Shown: in pieces, positions 9,165 to 19,568 of the stretch
Layout of the letters: the number at the start of each line of letters is the position of its first letter
How positions within the stretch are numbered: the stretch's first letter is position 1
Assembly: GCA_038237075.1 (NCBI GenBank)
Contig: JBBRZC010000001.1
Span: forward strand, 2,959 to 66,958
DNA: 64,000 bases
Source of the DNA: Actinomycetales bacterium
Lineage (GTDB): Bacteria > Actinomycetota > Actinomycetes > Actinomycetales > Dermatophilaceae
Direction: 5' to 3'
The notes under the pieces: model-generated
Databases searched by the model: none
Told to the model about the DNA's origin: nothing
What the model saw: the letters and a program-made list of their open reading frames with translations, nothing else
Program-made: the position numbers and the translations under genes

Positions 9165-9923
9165 ATGGCCATGCCGTCGGAACGCTCGCCGGAGACGACG
9201 AGCCAGGCCCTCGGCCGTGGGCTCGGGCCCTCGTGGCTGCAGGCCGTCCTGGTGGCCGTCGCGGGGCCGGGCGTCGTCGCGTCCCTCGTCTTCCTGTGGT
9301 CGTCCTTCATCGGGACCGGGCCTTACGGCGACCCGAGCCTTCCGGGCCCTACCGACGTCCGGTTCGCTGACCGGGCAGGCTGGTGGATCGACCTGGGTGC
9401 ATCCACCAGCGCCTTCGCGACGCTCCTCGCCCTCGGGGCGTTCGCCTGGGTCGCAGCTCGGCAGGCACCAGAGCGCGGCACGCGGCCCGCTCTCGTGCGC
9501 AGACTGGGCGCGACCCTCGCCGGAGTCATGTCAGTCCTCATGACCTGGGGGTTGGTGGCCGTCGTGGTCGGCGAGGTTGCGCTCCGCCTGGATCCGACCG
9601 CCGCCCGGGACCCGTTGTCGGCGGTGGGCCTGTTCCGCCTGAACGGCCTGCTCAGCTCGCTGGTGCTCGCGGTGCTGTTCGCAGCGTTGGCCTGGGGGCT
9701 CTGGCGACCGGATCGGCTTGGCGAGCTGCTGTTGCCCCGGCTGGAGCCCGAGGAGCCAGATACCGTGCGGTTCGCGAAGCCCGACGCCGTGGAGCCCGAC
9801 GCTCCCGTCCACCGATCCCGGACCGACGCGCGTAATCCGCCGCGGGGAACCGAGGCGGGCGGAACCGAGGTGCGCGGGACGGACGACGACGCGCAGGCGC
9901 TCTTCCGCCGTCCGCCGGGGTAG
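9165..9923 (+). CDS. Hypothetical membrane protein
   Basis: Four hydrophobic segments followed by an acidic tail; GC3-biased frame. Confidence 0.7.
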   Translation: MAMPSERSPETTSQALGRGLGPSWLQAVLVAVAGPGVVASLVFLWSSFIGTGPYGDPSLPGPTDVRFADRAGWWIDLGASTSAFATLLALGAFAWVAARQAPERGTRPALVRRLGATLAGVMSVLMTWGLVAVVVGEVALRLDPTAARDPLSAVGLFRLNGLLSSLVLAVLFAALAWGLWRPDRLGELLLPRLEPEEPDTVRFAKPDAVEPDAPVHRSRTDARNPPRGTEAGGTEVRGTDDDAQALFRRPPG

Positions 9924-9972
9924 CAGGAGGGCTGAGTGTCGATCCTGCCGTGAGCGGGGGGAGCTCGCTCCG

Positions 9973-10407
9973 CTAGCCGTCGGTGCTCGTGACCGCCCAT
10001 TCGGCGGCATCATCGGGGGTCAGGCCGGGGCGAACGCCGACCATCAGGTGCTCGGTGGGCATCGGCTGGACCGCCGAGTCGTAGGTCACGGTGAGGGTCC
10101 AGAAGGCGCTCGACGGGGTGCTGTCGAGGGTCATCGTGGAGATCGACGCCGGGTGGCCGGCGTGCCGGTCCAGCAGCGTCCGGCGCTGCGGGCTCGACTC
10201 GGGCACCAGCCGCTCCAGCGCGGCGCGGTCGCCACCCTGAACGGCGGCCACGTATTCGGCCATGGTTCCCATCGGGGAGGCCGTGGGGGCGTGCGGCCGG
10301 ACGTTCCCGGCGACCAGGGCAACCGCCAACCCGAGCGCGGCCACCACAAGGACTGCGACGAGGACCGTATGCCGCGCGCGAGCGGGCGGTGGCGCCGTGA
10401 TCGTCAT
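9973..10407 (-). CDS. Hypothetical secreted or membrane-anchored protein
   Basis: N-terminal basic plus hydrophobic segment (RARHTVLVAVLVVAALGLAVALVAG). Confidence 0.6.
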   Translation of the reverse strand: MTITAPPPARARHTVLVAVLVVAALGLAVALVAGNVRPHAPTASPMGTMAEYVAAVQGGDRAALERLVPESSPQRRTLLDRHAGHPASISTMTLDSTPSSAFWTLTVTYDSAVQPMPTEHLMVGVRPGLTPDDAAEWAVTSTDG

Positions 10408-10538
10408 GGGCGAACCATGGCACCGAGCTCCGCGGTGCACAAGATCGTGCCTCCCGGCAGGGAGTCTCGCCGCGCGGCTCGTGGCCTCCGTGACCCCCGC
10501 CTACCCGAGCCGGCCCCGCAGGGACCAGACTGCGCGCC

Positions 10539-11270
10539 ATGTGTTTCGCCTCCGACCAGCACCCGCCCCTTCCGCCGCGCTCGAGCGACGTCGGTTTCCA
10601 CGGCCCCACCGAGCTCACCGCGTCGGACGGCACCCGCCTGACGGCATACGACGCGGTTCCGGTGACCCGCCGCGGCGCCTCGCTGGTGCTCATGCCCGAC
10701 ATCCGCGGGCTGCATCCCTACTACACCGACCTCGCGCTGTGCTGCGCGCAGGCCGGGATCGACACCGTGGCGATCGACCCCTACGCGCGCACCGCGGGCC
10801 TGGCTCCCCGGGGTGACGACTTCGACTTCATGCCCCACGCCAAGGCGCTCACCGGCGAGCAGGTGCTCATGGATGCGCACGCCGCGGCCGACCGGCTCCG
10901 CTCCCGCAGCAGCGACCCCGTCTTCACCCTGGGCTTCTGCAAGTTCGGCGCGGAGTCCTGGGCGCTTTCCGCGAGCGACCTCGGCGCGGCCGGCTGCATG
11001 GGCTTCTACGGCATGCCCGCCCGGGTCCTCGACACCGTCCCGTCGATGCGGGCACCCGTCCTCGTGCTCGCCGCCGGCGCCGACCAGGCGACGACCCCCG
11101 AGCAGAACGCCGCCCTCGACGCCGCGCTCGGCGCCGCCGGGGTGGACCACACCTTCATCACCTACGGGGGGGCTCCGCACTCGTTCTTCGACCGCAGCTT
11201 CGAGCAGTGGGAGGACGCGTGCACCGACGCGTGGTCGCAGATCCTCGGGTTCGTCGACGCCCACCGCTGA
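10539..11270 (+). CDS. Dienelactone hydrolase family protein
   Basis: LMPDIRGL, nucleophile GFCKFG, GADQ, YGGAPHSF catalytic triad pattern. Confidence 0.9.
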   Translation: MCFASDQHPPLPPRSSDVGFHGPTELTASDGTRLTAYDAVPVTRRGASLVLMPDIRGLHPYYTDLALCCAQAGIDTVAIDPYARTAGLAPRGDDFDFMPHAKALTGEQVLMDAHAAADRLRSRSSDPVFTLGFCKFGAESWALSASDLGAAGCMGFYGMPARVLDTVPSMRAPVLVLAAGADQATTPEQNAALDAALGAAGVDHTFITYGGAPHSFFDRSFEQWEDACTDAWSQILGFVDAHR

Positions 11271-11284
11271 CCGCGGCAGGGCGC

Positions 11285-12319
11285 TCAGGCCGAGGCCGGG
11301 TCCGTCACCCGCGTCGTCCAGGTCCACGTCGCCACCGCCGCCTTGCCGCACGACTCGGCGCGCGGGCTGCCCTCCACCCGCTCGACGTCGACCCGCCAGG
11401 CACGGCCGTCGCGGTGCTCGACCCGCACGGCGCCCTCCGCCTCCGCGCGGGCCGTGAGGGAGACGAGATCGGTCTCGCCGGTCAGCTCGCGCACCGTTGA
11501 CTCGGCCGCCTGCGCGTGGGGTGCAAGGGCGCTCCAGCCCCGGTCGTGGCTCGGCCCGAGCAGCGCCGCGGGCAGGTGCCCCCCGGTGGCCGCCTCGAGG
11601 AGCCCGGGCACGGCCGGGTCGTCGAGCCGGGCCAGGGTCCGCCCCCACGGGAGGAGGACGCCGGTGGGTGCGTAGCGGTGCCCGCCGGTGTGAGAGCACT
11701 CCCACACCCGCCCGGGGTATGCCGCGTGCCCTGCTGCGGCAACGGGTCGCCCGCGCACCGCGCAGCACACGTCTCGGCTCCCGTTGGTGCAGACGAGCAG
11801 CACCGGGTCGGCGGCCGCCAGGCCAGGCAGCGAGGCCGTCACTCCGCGCGCGTCCCCGGCGGCGAGCGCGGCGAGGTCGAGCCCCTCGAGCGCTGCGAGC
11901 CCGCCCGGCGACTCGGGTCCGCCTGGCCCCGCGACCCCGTCGTGGCCCGCCCCGGGCTCGGTGTCGACCAGCGTGGTCGCAAGGAGGAAGGCGCCGGGAC
12001 CGGACCACGCCACGTAGCAGCGCCGGATGCCGGAGCGGGTGTCGGGATGGGCCGCCGGCCGCCGGACCAGCACGAACCGGCCACCCCGGCCCGCACAGGC
12101 CCGGTCCAGTGCCGCTCCGAAGGCCGCCGGCAGGTGCGACTCCGTGGTGGCCTGGCGTCCCCATGGGCCTGGCTGCTCGAGGGCCACCCAGAAGATCGCC
12201 CGGGCGGCGGTGCCGAACGCCGAGGCCTGCGCCTCCTCGGCGAGCACCGAGCAGGCGTCGGGTGAGCTTCTCGCATGGGTGCGCGACGCTGCGGTCGCCG
12301 CCTGCTCGGAGGCGGTCAT
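11285..12319 (-). CDS. Sucrase/ferredoxin-like (Apd1-type 2Fe-2S) protein
   Basis: LEQPGPWG, VCTNGSRDVCCA, WECSHTGGHRYAPT motifs. Confidence 0.88.
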   Translation of the reverse strand: MTASEQAATAASRTHARSSPDACSVLAEEAQASAFGTAARAIFWVALEQPGPWGRQATTESHLPAAFGAALDRACAGRGGRFVLVRRPAAHPDTRSGIRRCYVAWSGPGAFLLATTLVDTEPGAGHDGVAGPGGPESPGGLAALEGLDLAALAAGDARGVTASLPGLAAADPVLLVCTNGSRDVCCAVRGRPVAAAGHAAYPGRVWECSHTGGHRYAPTGVLLPWGRTLARLDDPAVPGLLEAATGGHLPAALLGPSHDRGWSALAPHAQAAESTVRELTGETDLVSLTARAEAEGAVRVEHRDGRAWRVDVERVEGSPRAESCGKAAVATWTWTTRVTDPASA

Positions 12320-12326
12320 CGCTGCC

Positions 12327-14783
12327 TCACCGGACCCCCGCGATCCCGGCGATGACGGTGGACGCCGGCGACCCCGAGCCGTCCCGCCGGCCCTCCGCCG
12401 GCGGCAGCTCGACGGCGACGCCGTTGGCCGCAGCCGCCCGGGCTGGGGCGTTCCCGGCCCAGGCCAGGACCAGGGTGTCCTCGCCGCGGAGGAACCGGTG
12501 GCAGCGCACCCCGCCGGTGGCCCGACCCTTGGGCGGGTACTCGGCATACGGGGTCACCTTGAGCGAGCCGGGCTCGGTGCCGGGCAGCGCCCCCGACGAG
12601 CCGCTCGAGGTGACCACCACGGCCTCGGTGGAGGGGTCGACGACCCCGAAGAACACCACCTCCTGCCCGGCGGCCAGCTTGACGCCGGCCATGCCTCCGG
12701 CTGCGCGGCCCTGCGGGCGGACCGCCCCGGCCGGGAAGCGCAGCAGCTGGGCGTCGGTGGTGACGAAGACGAGGTCGCAGTCCTCGCCGGGCACCTCGGC
12801 GGCGCCGACGACCCGGTCGCCGGCGCGCAGCCCCAGGAGCTCGAAGTCCTTGCGGCTCGGGTAGTCCGTCGTCACCCGCTTGACCACACCCTGCGCCGTC
12901 CCGAGGGCCAGCCCCGGGGAGTCCGGCGTGACCGAGGCGAGGGTGAGTGGCTCCTCACCCCGGGGCAGGTCCACGTATGCCGCGAGCGGGGCCCCGCCCG
13001 ACAGCGACGGAGCGTCGTTGGTCGCCGGCAGCGTCGGCAGCTCGAGCGCCGAGAGGCGGACCATCCGCCCGGCACTCGTCACGAGGCCCACCTCGCCGCG
13101 GGCCGTCGTCCGGACGGCTCCGATGACGACGTCGTGCCTCGAGCGGCCGCCACCCTGGCCGAGGGGCTCGTCGCTCGTCGTCCGGGCGAGGAGGCCGGTT
13201 GAGGAGAGGAGGACCCAGCAGGGGTCGTCGGCGACCTCGAGGGGCACGGCCGGGGCGCCGACCCCGCCGGTGACCGGGTTGCCGGCCGACTCGAGCAGCA
13301 CGGTGCGCCGCGGCGTGCCGTGGGCCTTGGCGACCTCGGCGAGCTCGGACGACACGGTGCGCATCAGCAGCGACTCGTCGCCGAGGATGGCGCGCAGCTC
13401 CTCGATCTGGCGCTCGAGCTCGCCCTTCTCGGTCTCGAGCTCCATCCGGGAGAACCGCGTGAGCCGCCGTAGCTGGAGGTCGAGGATGTAGGTGGCCTGG
13501 GCGTCGGAGAGGTCGAAGACGTCGATGAGCCGGGCCTTGGCGACCGCGGCGTCGTCGGAGGAGCGGATGACCTGGATGACCTCGTCGATGTCGAGGATCG
13601 CGATCAGCAGCCCCTCGACGATGTGCAGCCGGCTCTCGCGCCGTCCGAGCCGGTGGCGGGTGCGCCGGCGCACGACGTCGGTGCGGAAGTCGACGTAGAC
13701 CCGCAGCAGGTCCTTGAGCCCCAGAGTGCGCGGCTGGCCGTCCACGAGGGCCACGTTGTTGATGCTGAACGAGTCCTCCATCGGGGTCAGGGCGTAGAGC
13801 TGGTCGAGGACCGCGTCGGGGTTGAAGCCGTTCTTGACCTCGATGACGAGCTGCAGGCCGTGCGCCCGGTCGGTGAGGTCCTTGACGTCGCTGACGCCCT
13901 GGAGCCGCTTGCTCTGGACGAGGTCCTTCATCTTCTCGATGACCTTCTCGGGGCCGACGAGGTAGGGCAGCTCGGTGACGACGATTCCCTTGCGGCGTGG
14001 GGTGATCGACTCGATGCGGGCGGTGGCGCGGGTGCGGAACGCCCCGCGCCCCGTGAGGTAGGCGTCGCGGATGCCGTCGAGGCCGACGATCCGGCCGCCG
14101 CCGGGCAGGTCGGGTCCGGGGACGAACTTCATCAGGTCGTCGAGCGAGCAGGACGGGTTGGCGATGAGGTGCCGGGCCGCGCCGATGACCTCGACGAGGT
14201 TGTGCGGGGCCATGTTCGTCGCCATCCCCACGGCGATGCCGCTGGCGCCGTTGACGAGCAGGTTCGGGAACGCAGCCGGGAGCACCCCCGGCTGCACCTC
14301 GGTGTCGTCGTAGTTCGGGACGAAGTCGACGGTGTCCTCGTCGAGCCCGCCGACCATGAGCAGGGCCGCCGGCGCCATCCGGGCCTCGGTGTAGCGCGCC
14401 GCGGCGGGCCCGTCGTCGAGCGAGCCGAAGTTGCCGTGCCCGTCGATGAGGGGCAGCCGCAGCGTGAACGGCTGGGCCAGCCGCACCAGCGCGTCGTAGA
14501 TCGCCTGGTCGCCGTGCGGGTGGTACTTGCCCATGACCTCGCCGATGACCCGCTGGCTCTTGACGTGCGGCCGGTCGGGGCGCAGGCCGAGCTCGCTCAT
14601 GCCGTAGAGGATCCGGCGCTGGACCGGCTTCAGGCCGTCACGGGCGTCGGGCAGGGCCCGGGAGTAGATGACCGAGTAGGAGTACTCGAGGAACGCGTTC
14701 CGCATCTCCTCCTCGACGTCGATGTCGATGATCCGTTCGACGAGGTCTTCCGGCGGCGGGGGAGTGCTGCTTCGACGGGCCAT
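12327..14783 (-). CDS. parC: DNA topoisomerase IV subunit A (GyrA-like)
   Basis: RALPDARDGLKPVQRR, GKYHPHGD, AAARYTE (catalytic Tyr), LVNGASGIAVG; C-terminal beta-pinwheel repeats. Confidence 0.93.
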   Translation of the reverse strand: MARRSSTPPPPEDLVERIIDIDVEEEMRNAFLEYSYSVIYSRALPDARDGLKPVQRRILYGMSELGLRPDRPHVKSQRVIGEVMGKYHPHGDQAIYDALVRLAQPFTLRLPLIDGHGNFGSLDDGPAAARYTEARMAPAALLMVGGLDEDTVDFVPNYDDTEVQPGVLPAAFPNLLVNGASGIAVGMATNMAPHNLVEVIGAARHLIANPSCSLDDLMKFVPGPDLPGGGRIVGLDGIRDAYLTGRGAFRTRATARIESITPRRKGIVVTELPYLVGPEKVIEKMKDLVQSKRLQGVSDVKDLTDRAHGLQLVIEVKNGFNPDAVLDQLYALTPMEDSFSINNVALVDGQPRTLGLKDLLRVYVDFRTDVVRRRTRHRLGRRESRLHIVEGLLIAILDIDEVIQVIRSSDDAAVAKARLIDVFDLSDAQATYILDLQLRRLTRFSRMELETEKGELERQIEELRAILGDESLLMRTVSSELAEVAKAHGTPRRTVLLESAGNPVTGGVGAPAVPLEVADDPCWVLLSSTGLLARTTSDEPLGQGGGRSRHDVVIGAVRTTARGEVGLVTSAGRMVRLSALELPTLPATNDAPSLSGGAPLAAYVDLPRGEEPLTLASVTPDSPGLALGTAQGVVKRVTTDYPSRKDFELLGLRAGDRVVGAAEVPGEDCDLVFVTTDAQLLRFPAGAVRPQGRAAGGMAGVKLAAGQEVVFFGVVDPSTEAVVVTSSGSSGALPGTEPGSLKVTPYAEYPPKGRATGGVRCHRFLRGEDTLVLAWAGNAPARAAAANGVAVELPPAEGRRDGSGSPASTVIAGIAGVR

Positions 14784-14882
14784 CCGAGGGTCTGCTCCTT
14801 GCGGTCACGTGCTGCCGAACGCCCCATCATCGCCCACCCCGGAGGCGCCTTCGGCCCCGACCCGCCGGTATGCCGTGCCGGC

Positions 14883-15524
14883 TCAGCTCGACGCGCCGCC
14901 CCCGCTCGGCTCCGCCGCCCCGAAGCGGCCCCAGTGGGTCACCTCGGCGCCGGTCCGCCGGTGCCGGCGCAGGGAGGGGCTGCGGACGGCAGCGTCGTCG
15001 GCCGCGGCATACCCCAGGGCGACCACCCCGACGAGGGTGCGGTCGCGGGGGATGCCGAGCTCCTCGTGGACGTCGTCGTGGCACTCGGGAGGGATGCCGA
15101 AGAAGAGGCCTCCGAGGCCGAGGTCGACCGCGGTGAGGAGAATGAGCAGGGCGGCCATGCCGGTGTCGATGTCCCAGTACGGCGCGGGCCAACGAGCCTC
15201 GTCGCGGTCGGTCCAGCCCTTGTCGGGAGCGGCATACCGCTCGAGGTAGGCCTGCTTGTCGGAGCAGCAGACGATGAGGACAGGCGCGGCGCGCATCCCG
15301 GTGAGCCACGAGTCGGGGGTGTCGTCATCGGTCGTGGCCTCCCAGAAGGTGGCCCGCTCGGCGTCGGTGCGCAGCACCACGAAGTCCCAGCCCTGGCTGA
15401 ACCCGGCGCTGGGCGCCCGGACCGCGTTGTCGAGGCACGCGGTGACGAGCTCGGGGGGCACCGGCCGGTCGGGGTCGTAGCGGCGGACCATGCGGCGGCG
15501 ACGGACGACATCGGAGAGCTCCAT
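14883..15524 (-). CDS. Nitroreductase family protein
   Basis: RRRRMVRRY, RAPSAGFSQGWDFVV, DTGMAALLILL, LGGLFFG. Confidence 0.9.
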   Translation of the reverse strand: MELSDVVRRRRMVRRYDPDRPVPPELVTACLDNAVRAPSAGFSQGWDFVVLRTDAERATFWEATTDDDTPDSWLTGMRAAPVLIVCCSDKQAYLERYAAPDKGWTDRDEARWPAPYWDIDTGMAALLILLTAVDLGLGGLFFGIPPECHDDVHEELGIPRDRTLVGVVALGYAAADDAAVRSPSLRRHRRTGAEVTHWGRFGAAEPSGGGASS

Positions 15525-15567
15525 GGTGGCGATGCTGCCAGTCAGAGGGGCCATGGGACGATGGGGG

Positions 15568-18237
15568 ATGCCCGACTCGCAAGACGCCGTCGCCGGGTAT
15601 CCGGTCGCGTGGGAGGCGGACGTCGTCCTGCGTGACGGCTCCGTGGCCCACGTCCGCCCCATCACCCCCGCCGACGCCGACCGGCTGCGGTTGTTTCACT
15701 CGAGACAGTCCGCGGAGTCGATCTACCTGCGGTTCTTCGCGCCGCTGCGCGAGCTCAGCGACCGTGACGTCCACCGCTTCACCCACGTGGACCACCGGGA
15801 CCGGGTCGCCCTCGTGGTGATGGTGCGCGGCGACATCATCGGCGTCGGCCGGTTCGACCGGATCGACGCGACCTCGGCGGAGGTCGCCTTCAACATCTCC
15901 GACAGCTTCCAGGGCCGGGGCATCGGGTCGGTGCTCCTCGAGCACCTTGCGGCGATCGGCCGCGAGATCGACGTGGAGCGTTTCATCGCCGAGGTGCTCC
16001 CGCAGAACCGCAAGATGATCAACGTCTTCACGGAGGCCGGCTACGAGGTCAGCCATCACTTCGAGGACGGCGTCATCGCGGTGAGCTTCGACATCAGGCC
16101 CACCAAGGCGTCGACGGAGGTCCGCCTCTCCCGCGAGCACCGCGCCGAGTCCCGCAGCGTTGGCTCCGTGCTCCATCCCCGGTCCATCGCGGTGATCGGA
16201 GCGGGCAGGCGGCCGACCTCGATCGGGCACCGCTTCCTGCGCAACATCCTCACCGGCGGGTTCGCCGGCCCGGTGTATGCCGTGAACCGCGAGGCACTCG
16301 AGGTGCTCGGTCTCCCGTCCTACGCCCGGGTGAGCGAGATTCCCGGTCCGGTCGACCTCGCCGTCGTCGCCGTCCCCGCCGAAAGCGTCAGCGAGGTCGT
16401 CGACGAGTGCGCCGCGCATGGGGTGAAGACGCTGCTCGTCGCGTCGGCAGGCTTCGCCGAGAGCGGCCCCGACGGCGTCGAGCGCCAGGAGGAGCTGCGC
16501 CACCGGGCCCGCGAGAGCGGCCTGCGCGTCGTCGGCCCGAACTCGTTCGGGGTGATCAACACGAGCCCGGACACCCGGCTCAACGCCAGCCTGGCCCCCG
16601 ACCTGCCGGGCACCGGGGCGCTGGGACTTTTCGCCCAGAGCGGCGCCCTGGGGATCGCCGTGCTCGCGTCTGCGGCCCGGCGCGGGTTGGGCGTCTCGGT
16701 CTTCGCGTCCGCCGGCAACCGTGTCGACGTCTCCGGGAACGACCTCATGCAGTACTGGATCGACGACCCCGACACCGACGCCGTCGGCCTCTATCTCGAG
16801 TCGATGGGCAACCCGCGCAAGTTCTCTCGGATCGCCCGGGACCTCGCCCAGACCAAGCCGATCATCGTCGTCGCATCCGGGATCTCGGCCTACGGCGCCC
16901 CACCCGGCCACCGGACCCGTGAGACGCACGCTCCCCCGGGGGCCTTCGACGCGATGCTGCGGCAGGCCGGCGTCATCCGCGTCGAGAACGTGCACCAGCT
17001 CTTCGACATCGCGCAGCTCGTGCTGCACCAGCCACTGCCCCAGGGCCAGCGGGTGGCGATCGTCGGCAACTCCGACGCGCTGGGCGCGCTGACCGCCCAG
17101 GCCGTCCTCAGCTGGGGGCTCGACATCACCCACGGGCCGGTGAACGTCCCAGGGGACGCCCCCGCGGCGCATTTCTCGCAGGCCCTCTCCGCCGCCTTCG
17201 CCGACCCGGAGGTCGACAGCGTCCTCACCTGCTTCGTCCCGCCTCTCGAGACGGTCGAGGCCGAGGTCATCGCCGCCGTCCGCGACACCGCGTCCACCAC
17301 CGACAAGCCCTGTCTCGCCACGTTCCTCGGCATGCATGGGGTGGAGGAAGCCCTCGCCCTCGGCAGCCCGGACGACCGGCGGCGGCGCATCGTGCCGGCA
17401 TACGCGATGCCGGAGGACGCGGTTCGCGCACTCACCGCGGCGACGCGCTACAGCCAGTGGCGCACCCGCGACCGCGGGGAGCCGGTCAACCCCGTCGGCA
17501 TCGACCGGGAGGCGGCGGCCGCCCTCGTCGAGAAGGTGCTTGTCGACTGCCCGGACGGGCGGGCGATGACCCGCGCCGAGGCAGCCGAGCTGCTGCACGC
17601 GTACGGCATCCTGCTGTGGGACGCCCGGCACGTCGACACTCCCGACGAGGCGGTGGCGGCGGCGGACGAGGTGGGCTACCCCGTCATCGTCAAGACGACG
17701 TCCCCCGTGCTGCGGCACCAGCCGGGCCTGACGGGTGTGCGCGCCGACCTCGAGGGGCCCGAGGCCGTACACGGTGCGGTCGACTCGCTGCGCTCGCGGC
17801 TCGGACCCATCGCCGACGGCTCGTTCGTCGTCCAGCGGATGGCGCTGACCGGGGTGATCTGCGTCCTGACGAGCGGCGAGGACCCGCTCTTCGGGCCCGT
17901 GGTGAGCTTCTCCGTCGCCGGGCCGCCGACCGAGCTCCTCGGAGACATCGCCCACCGCATCCCGCCCCTGACCGACGTCGACGTCTCCGACCTCATCTCC
18001 GCGGTCCGTGCCGCGCCGCTGCTGCACGGGCACCGCGGCGCCACGCCGGTGCATCGGGCGGCTCTCTCCGACCTCATCGCGCGGCTGTCCTGCCTCGCTG
18101 ACGACATGCCCGAGGTGGAGCGGGTCCAGCTCAACCCCGTCAACGCCTGGCCGGGCGGCGTCGACGTCCTCGACGCGGAGATCACCCTGCACCCGGCCCA
18201 GACCCGCACGGACGCCGACCGCCGCGCGATGACCTGA
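15568..18237 (+). CDS. GNAT / CoA-binding / ATP-grasp fusion (protein lysine acetyltransferase, Pat-like)
   Basis: N-terminal GNAT (FQGRGIGSVLL), CoA-binding domain (SIAVIGA, DLAVVAVPA, GPNSFG, SQSGA-like, SAGNRVD), ATP-grasp C-terminus (LNPV). Confidence 0.9.
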   Translation: MPDSQDAVAGYPVAWEADVVLRDGSVAHVRPITPADADRLRLFHSRQSAESIYLRFFAPLRELSDRDVHRFTHVDHRDRVALVVMVRGDIIGVGRFDRIDATSAEVAFNISDSFQGRGIGSVLLEHLAAIGREIDVERFIAEVLPQNRKMINVFTEAGYEVSHHFEDGVIAVSFDIRPTKASTEVRLSREHRAESRSVGSVLHPRSIAVIGAGRRPTSIGHRFLRNILTGGFAGPVYAVNREALEVLGLPSYARVSEIPGPVDLAVVAVPAESVSEVVDECAAHGVKTLLVASAGFAESGPDGVERQEELRHRARESGLRVVGPNSFGVINTSPDTRLNASLAPDLPGTGALGLFAQSGALGIAVLASAARRGLGVSVFASAGNRVDVSGNDLMQYWIDDPDTDAVGLYLESMGNPRKFSRIARDLAQTKPIIVVASGISAYGAPPGHRTRETHAPPGAFDAMLRQAGVIRVENVHQLFDIAQLVLHQPLPQGQRVAIVGNSDALGALTAQAVLSWGLDITHGPVNVPGDAPAAHFSQALSAAFADPEVDSVLTCFVPPLETVEAEVIAAVRDTASTTDKPCLATFLGMHGVEEALALGSPDDRRRRIVPAYAMPEDAVRALTAATRYSQWRTRDRGEPVNPVGIDREAAAALVEKVLVDCPDGRAMTRAEAAELLHAYGILLWDARHVDTPDEAVAAADEVGYPVIVKTTSPVLRHQPGLTGVRADLEGPEAVHGAVDSLRSRLGPIADGSFVVQRMALTGVICVLTSGEDPLFGPVVSFSVAGPPTELLGDIAHRIPPLTDVDVSDLISAVRAAPLLHGHRGATPVHRAALSDLIARLSCLADDMPEVERVQLNPVNAWPGGVDVLDAEITLHPAQTRTDADRRAMT

Positions 18238-18322
18238 CCCCGCCCGACGGCATCCCGCTCGCGTCCGTCCGGCATCATGGCTGCTCAGAGAGACGACCAC
18301 GATCCCGGACGCAAGCGGCGGG

Positions 18323-18721
18323 TCAGGCGCCGGGGTCGTCCTCGGTCGGGCCGCGGTCGCGGATCTCCTCGAGCCGCTGCTGCATCTCGAGACGGAGCAG
18401 GGCCAGCTCCTCGGCCACGGTCCGAGAGGACTCCTCGAGCGTCGAGATCTCGATGCTCAGCTGGATGCAGACGGTGAGCAGCACGAGGAAGGCGAGGATG
18501 AAGACGAGGTTGATCGGCGTCGTGACCCCGACAAGGGAGGACAGCCAGCCCGTCAGGGCGGGTACGAACGCCAGGACCACGACGCCGCCGATGATGGCGA
18601 ACCACAGGACGCTGTACTTCTCGCGCAGGCGCTGGGTCCGCAGCAGCAGGACGAGCACCACGAGCAGCGCGACGCTGACGACCAGGGCAAAGAGGTAGCC
18701 GCTCGTGTGGAGGATGCTCAC
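18323..18721 (-). CDS. DUF2304 family membrane protein
   Basis: LREKYSVLW, three TM segments, C-terminal coiled coil (LAEELALL); coupled to the GT2 gene. Confidence 0.85.
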   Translation of the reverse strand: MSILHTSGYLFALVVSVALLVVLVLLLRTQRLREKYSVLWFAIIGGVVVLAFVPALTGWLSSLVGVTTPINLVFILAFLVLLTVCIQLSIEISTLEESSRTVAEELALLRLEMQQRLEEIRDRGPTEDDPGA

Positions 18722-19470
18722 CGCCCGAGCTCCTCGTGGCGACGCGGCTGCGGGCGCGACTGGCGGGGCCGGGTCAGGGCCAGGGTGAGGGCCAGGACCG
18801 CCCGGACGAGGAAGACTGCCGACTTGGCCGGGCTGTGCGACGGACGCCCTCCGGCCCGGGGGCGCATCCGGACCCCGACCTCGCGGATGACGAGGTGGGA
18901 CCGCGCGGCCACGACCAGCGACTCGACGGTATCGCCGAGGTACTCCGCGGGGTAGGACCGCGCGAAGAGCTCGATGGCGCGGGCGTTGCAGGCCTTGAAG
19001 CCCGACGTCGTGTCGGTGAGCCGGGTCCCGGCGACCCGCGAGACCGTCACCGCGAGGATCCGCATCGCCCAGAGCCGCGGCCCGCTCGCCGTGAACGCCC
19101 CGTCCCCCTCGGTGCGGGCGCCGACGGCGATGTCGGCGCCGTCGCCGAGCAGGGCCAGCAGGGCCGGCACGTCCGCGGGGTTGTGCTGGCCGTCGGCGTC
19201 GATCTGGACGGCCACGGCATACCCGTTCCTGCTGGCGTAGCGGTAGCCGGTGCGCATCGCCGCCCCGACGCCGAGGTTCACCGGCAGCCGCGCGACCATG
19301 ACGCCGCAGCCTTCGGCCACCAGGGCGGTCGCGTCGTCCGAGCCGTCGTCGACGACGAGGACATCGGAGTGCGGCAGGCTCGCCCCGATCTCGGCGAGGA
19401 CCGCGGCCAGCGTCTCCGCCTCGTTCCACGCGGGAACGATGACGAGCAGACGATCGGAGCTCACCGGCAC
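18718..19470 (-). CDS. Glycosyltransferase family 2 (DPM-synthase-like)
   Basis: IVPAWNE, VVDDGSDD, NLGVGAA, QIDADGQH, DTTSGF. Confidence 0.92.
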   Translation of the reverse strand: MPVSSDRLLVIVPAWNEAETLAAVLAEIGASLPHSDVLVVDDGSDDATALVAEGCGVMVARLPVNLGVGAAMRTGYRYASRNGYAVAVQIDADGQHNPADVPALLALLGDGADIAVGARTEGDGAFTASGPRLWAMRILAVTVSRVAGTRLTDTTSGFKACNARAIELFARSYPAEYLGDTVESLVVAARSHLVIREVGVRMRPRAGGRPSHSPAKSAVFLVRAVLALTLALTRPRQSRPQPRRHEELGR

Positions 19471-19568
19471 AGGGCCGAGGGTATCCGGTGAGCACGGGCC
19501 TCCTCGCGGACCGCACAGGGAGCCACCGCAGGGAAGCGACCCCCGGGCCGGGGTGCAAGGATGGCGGC

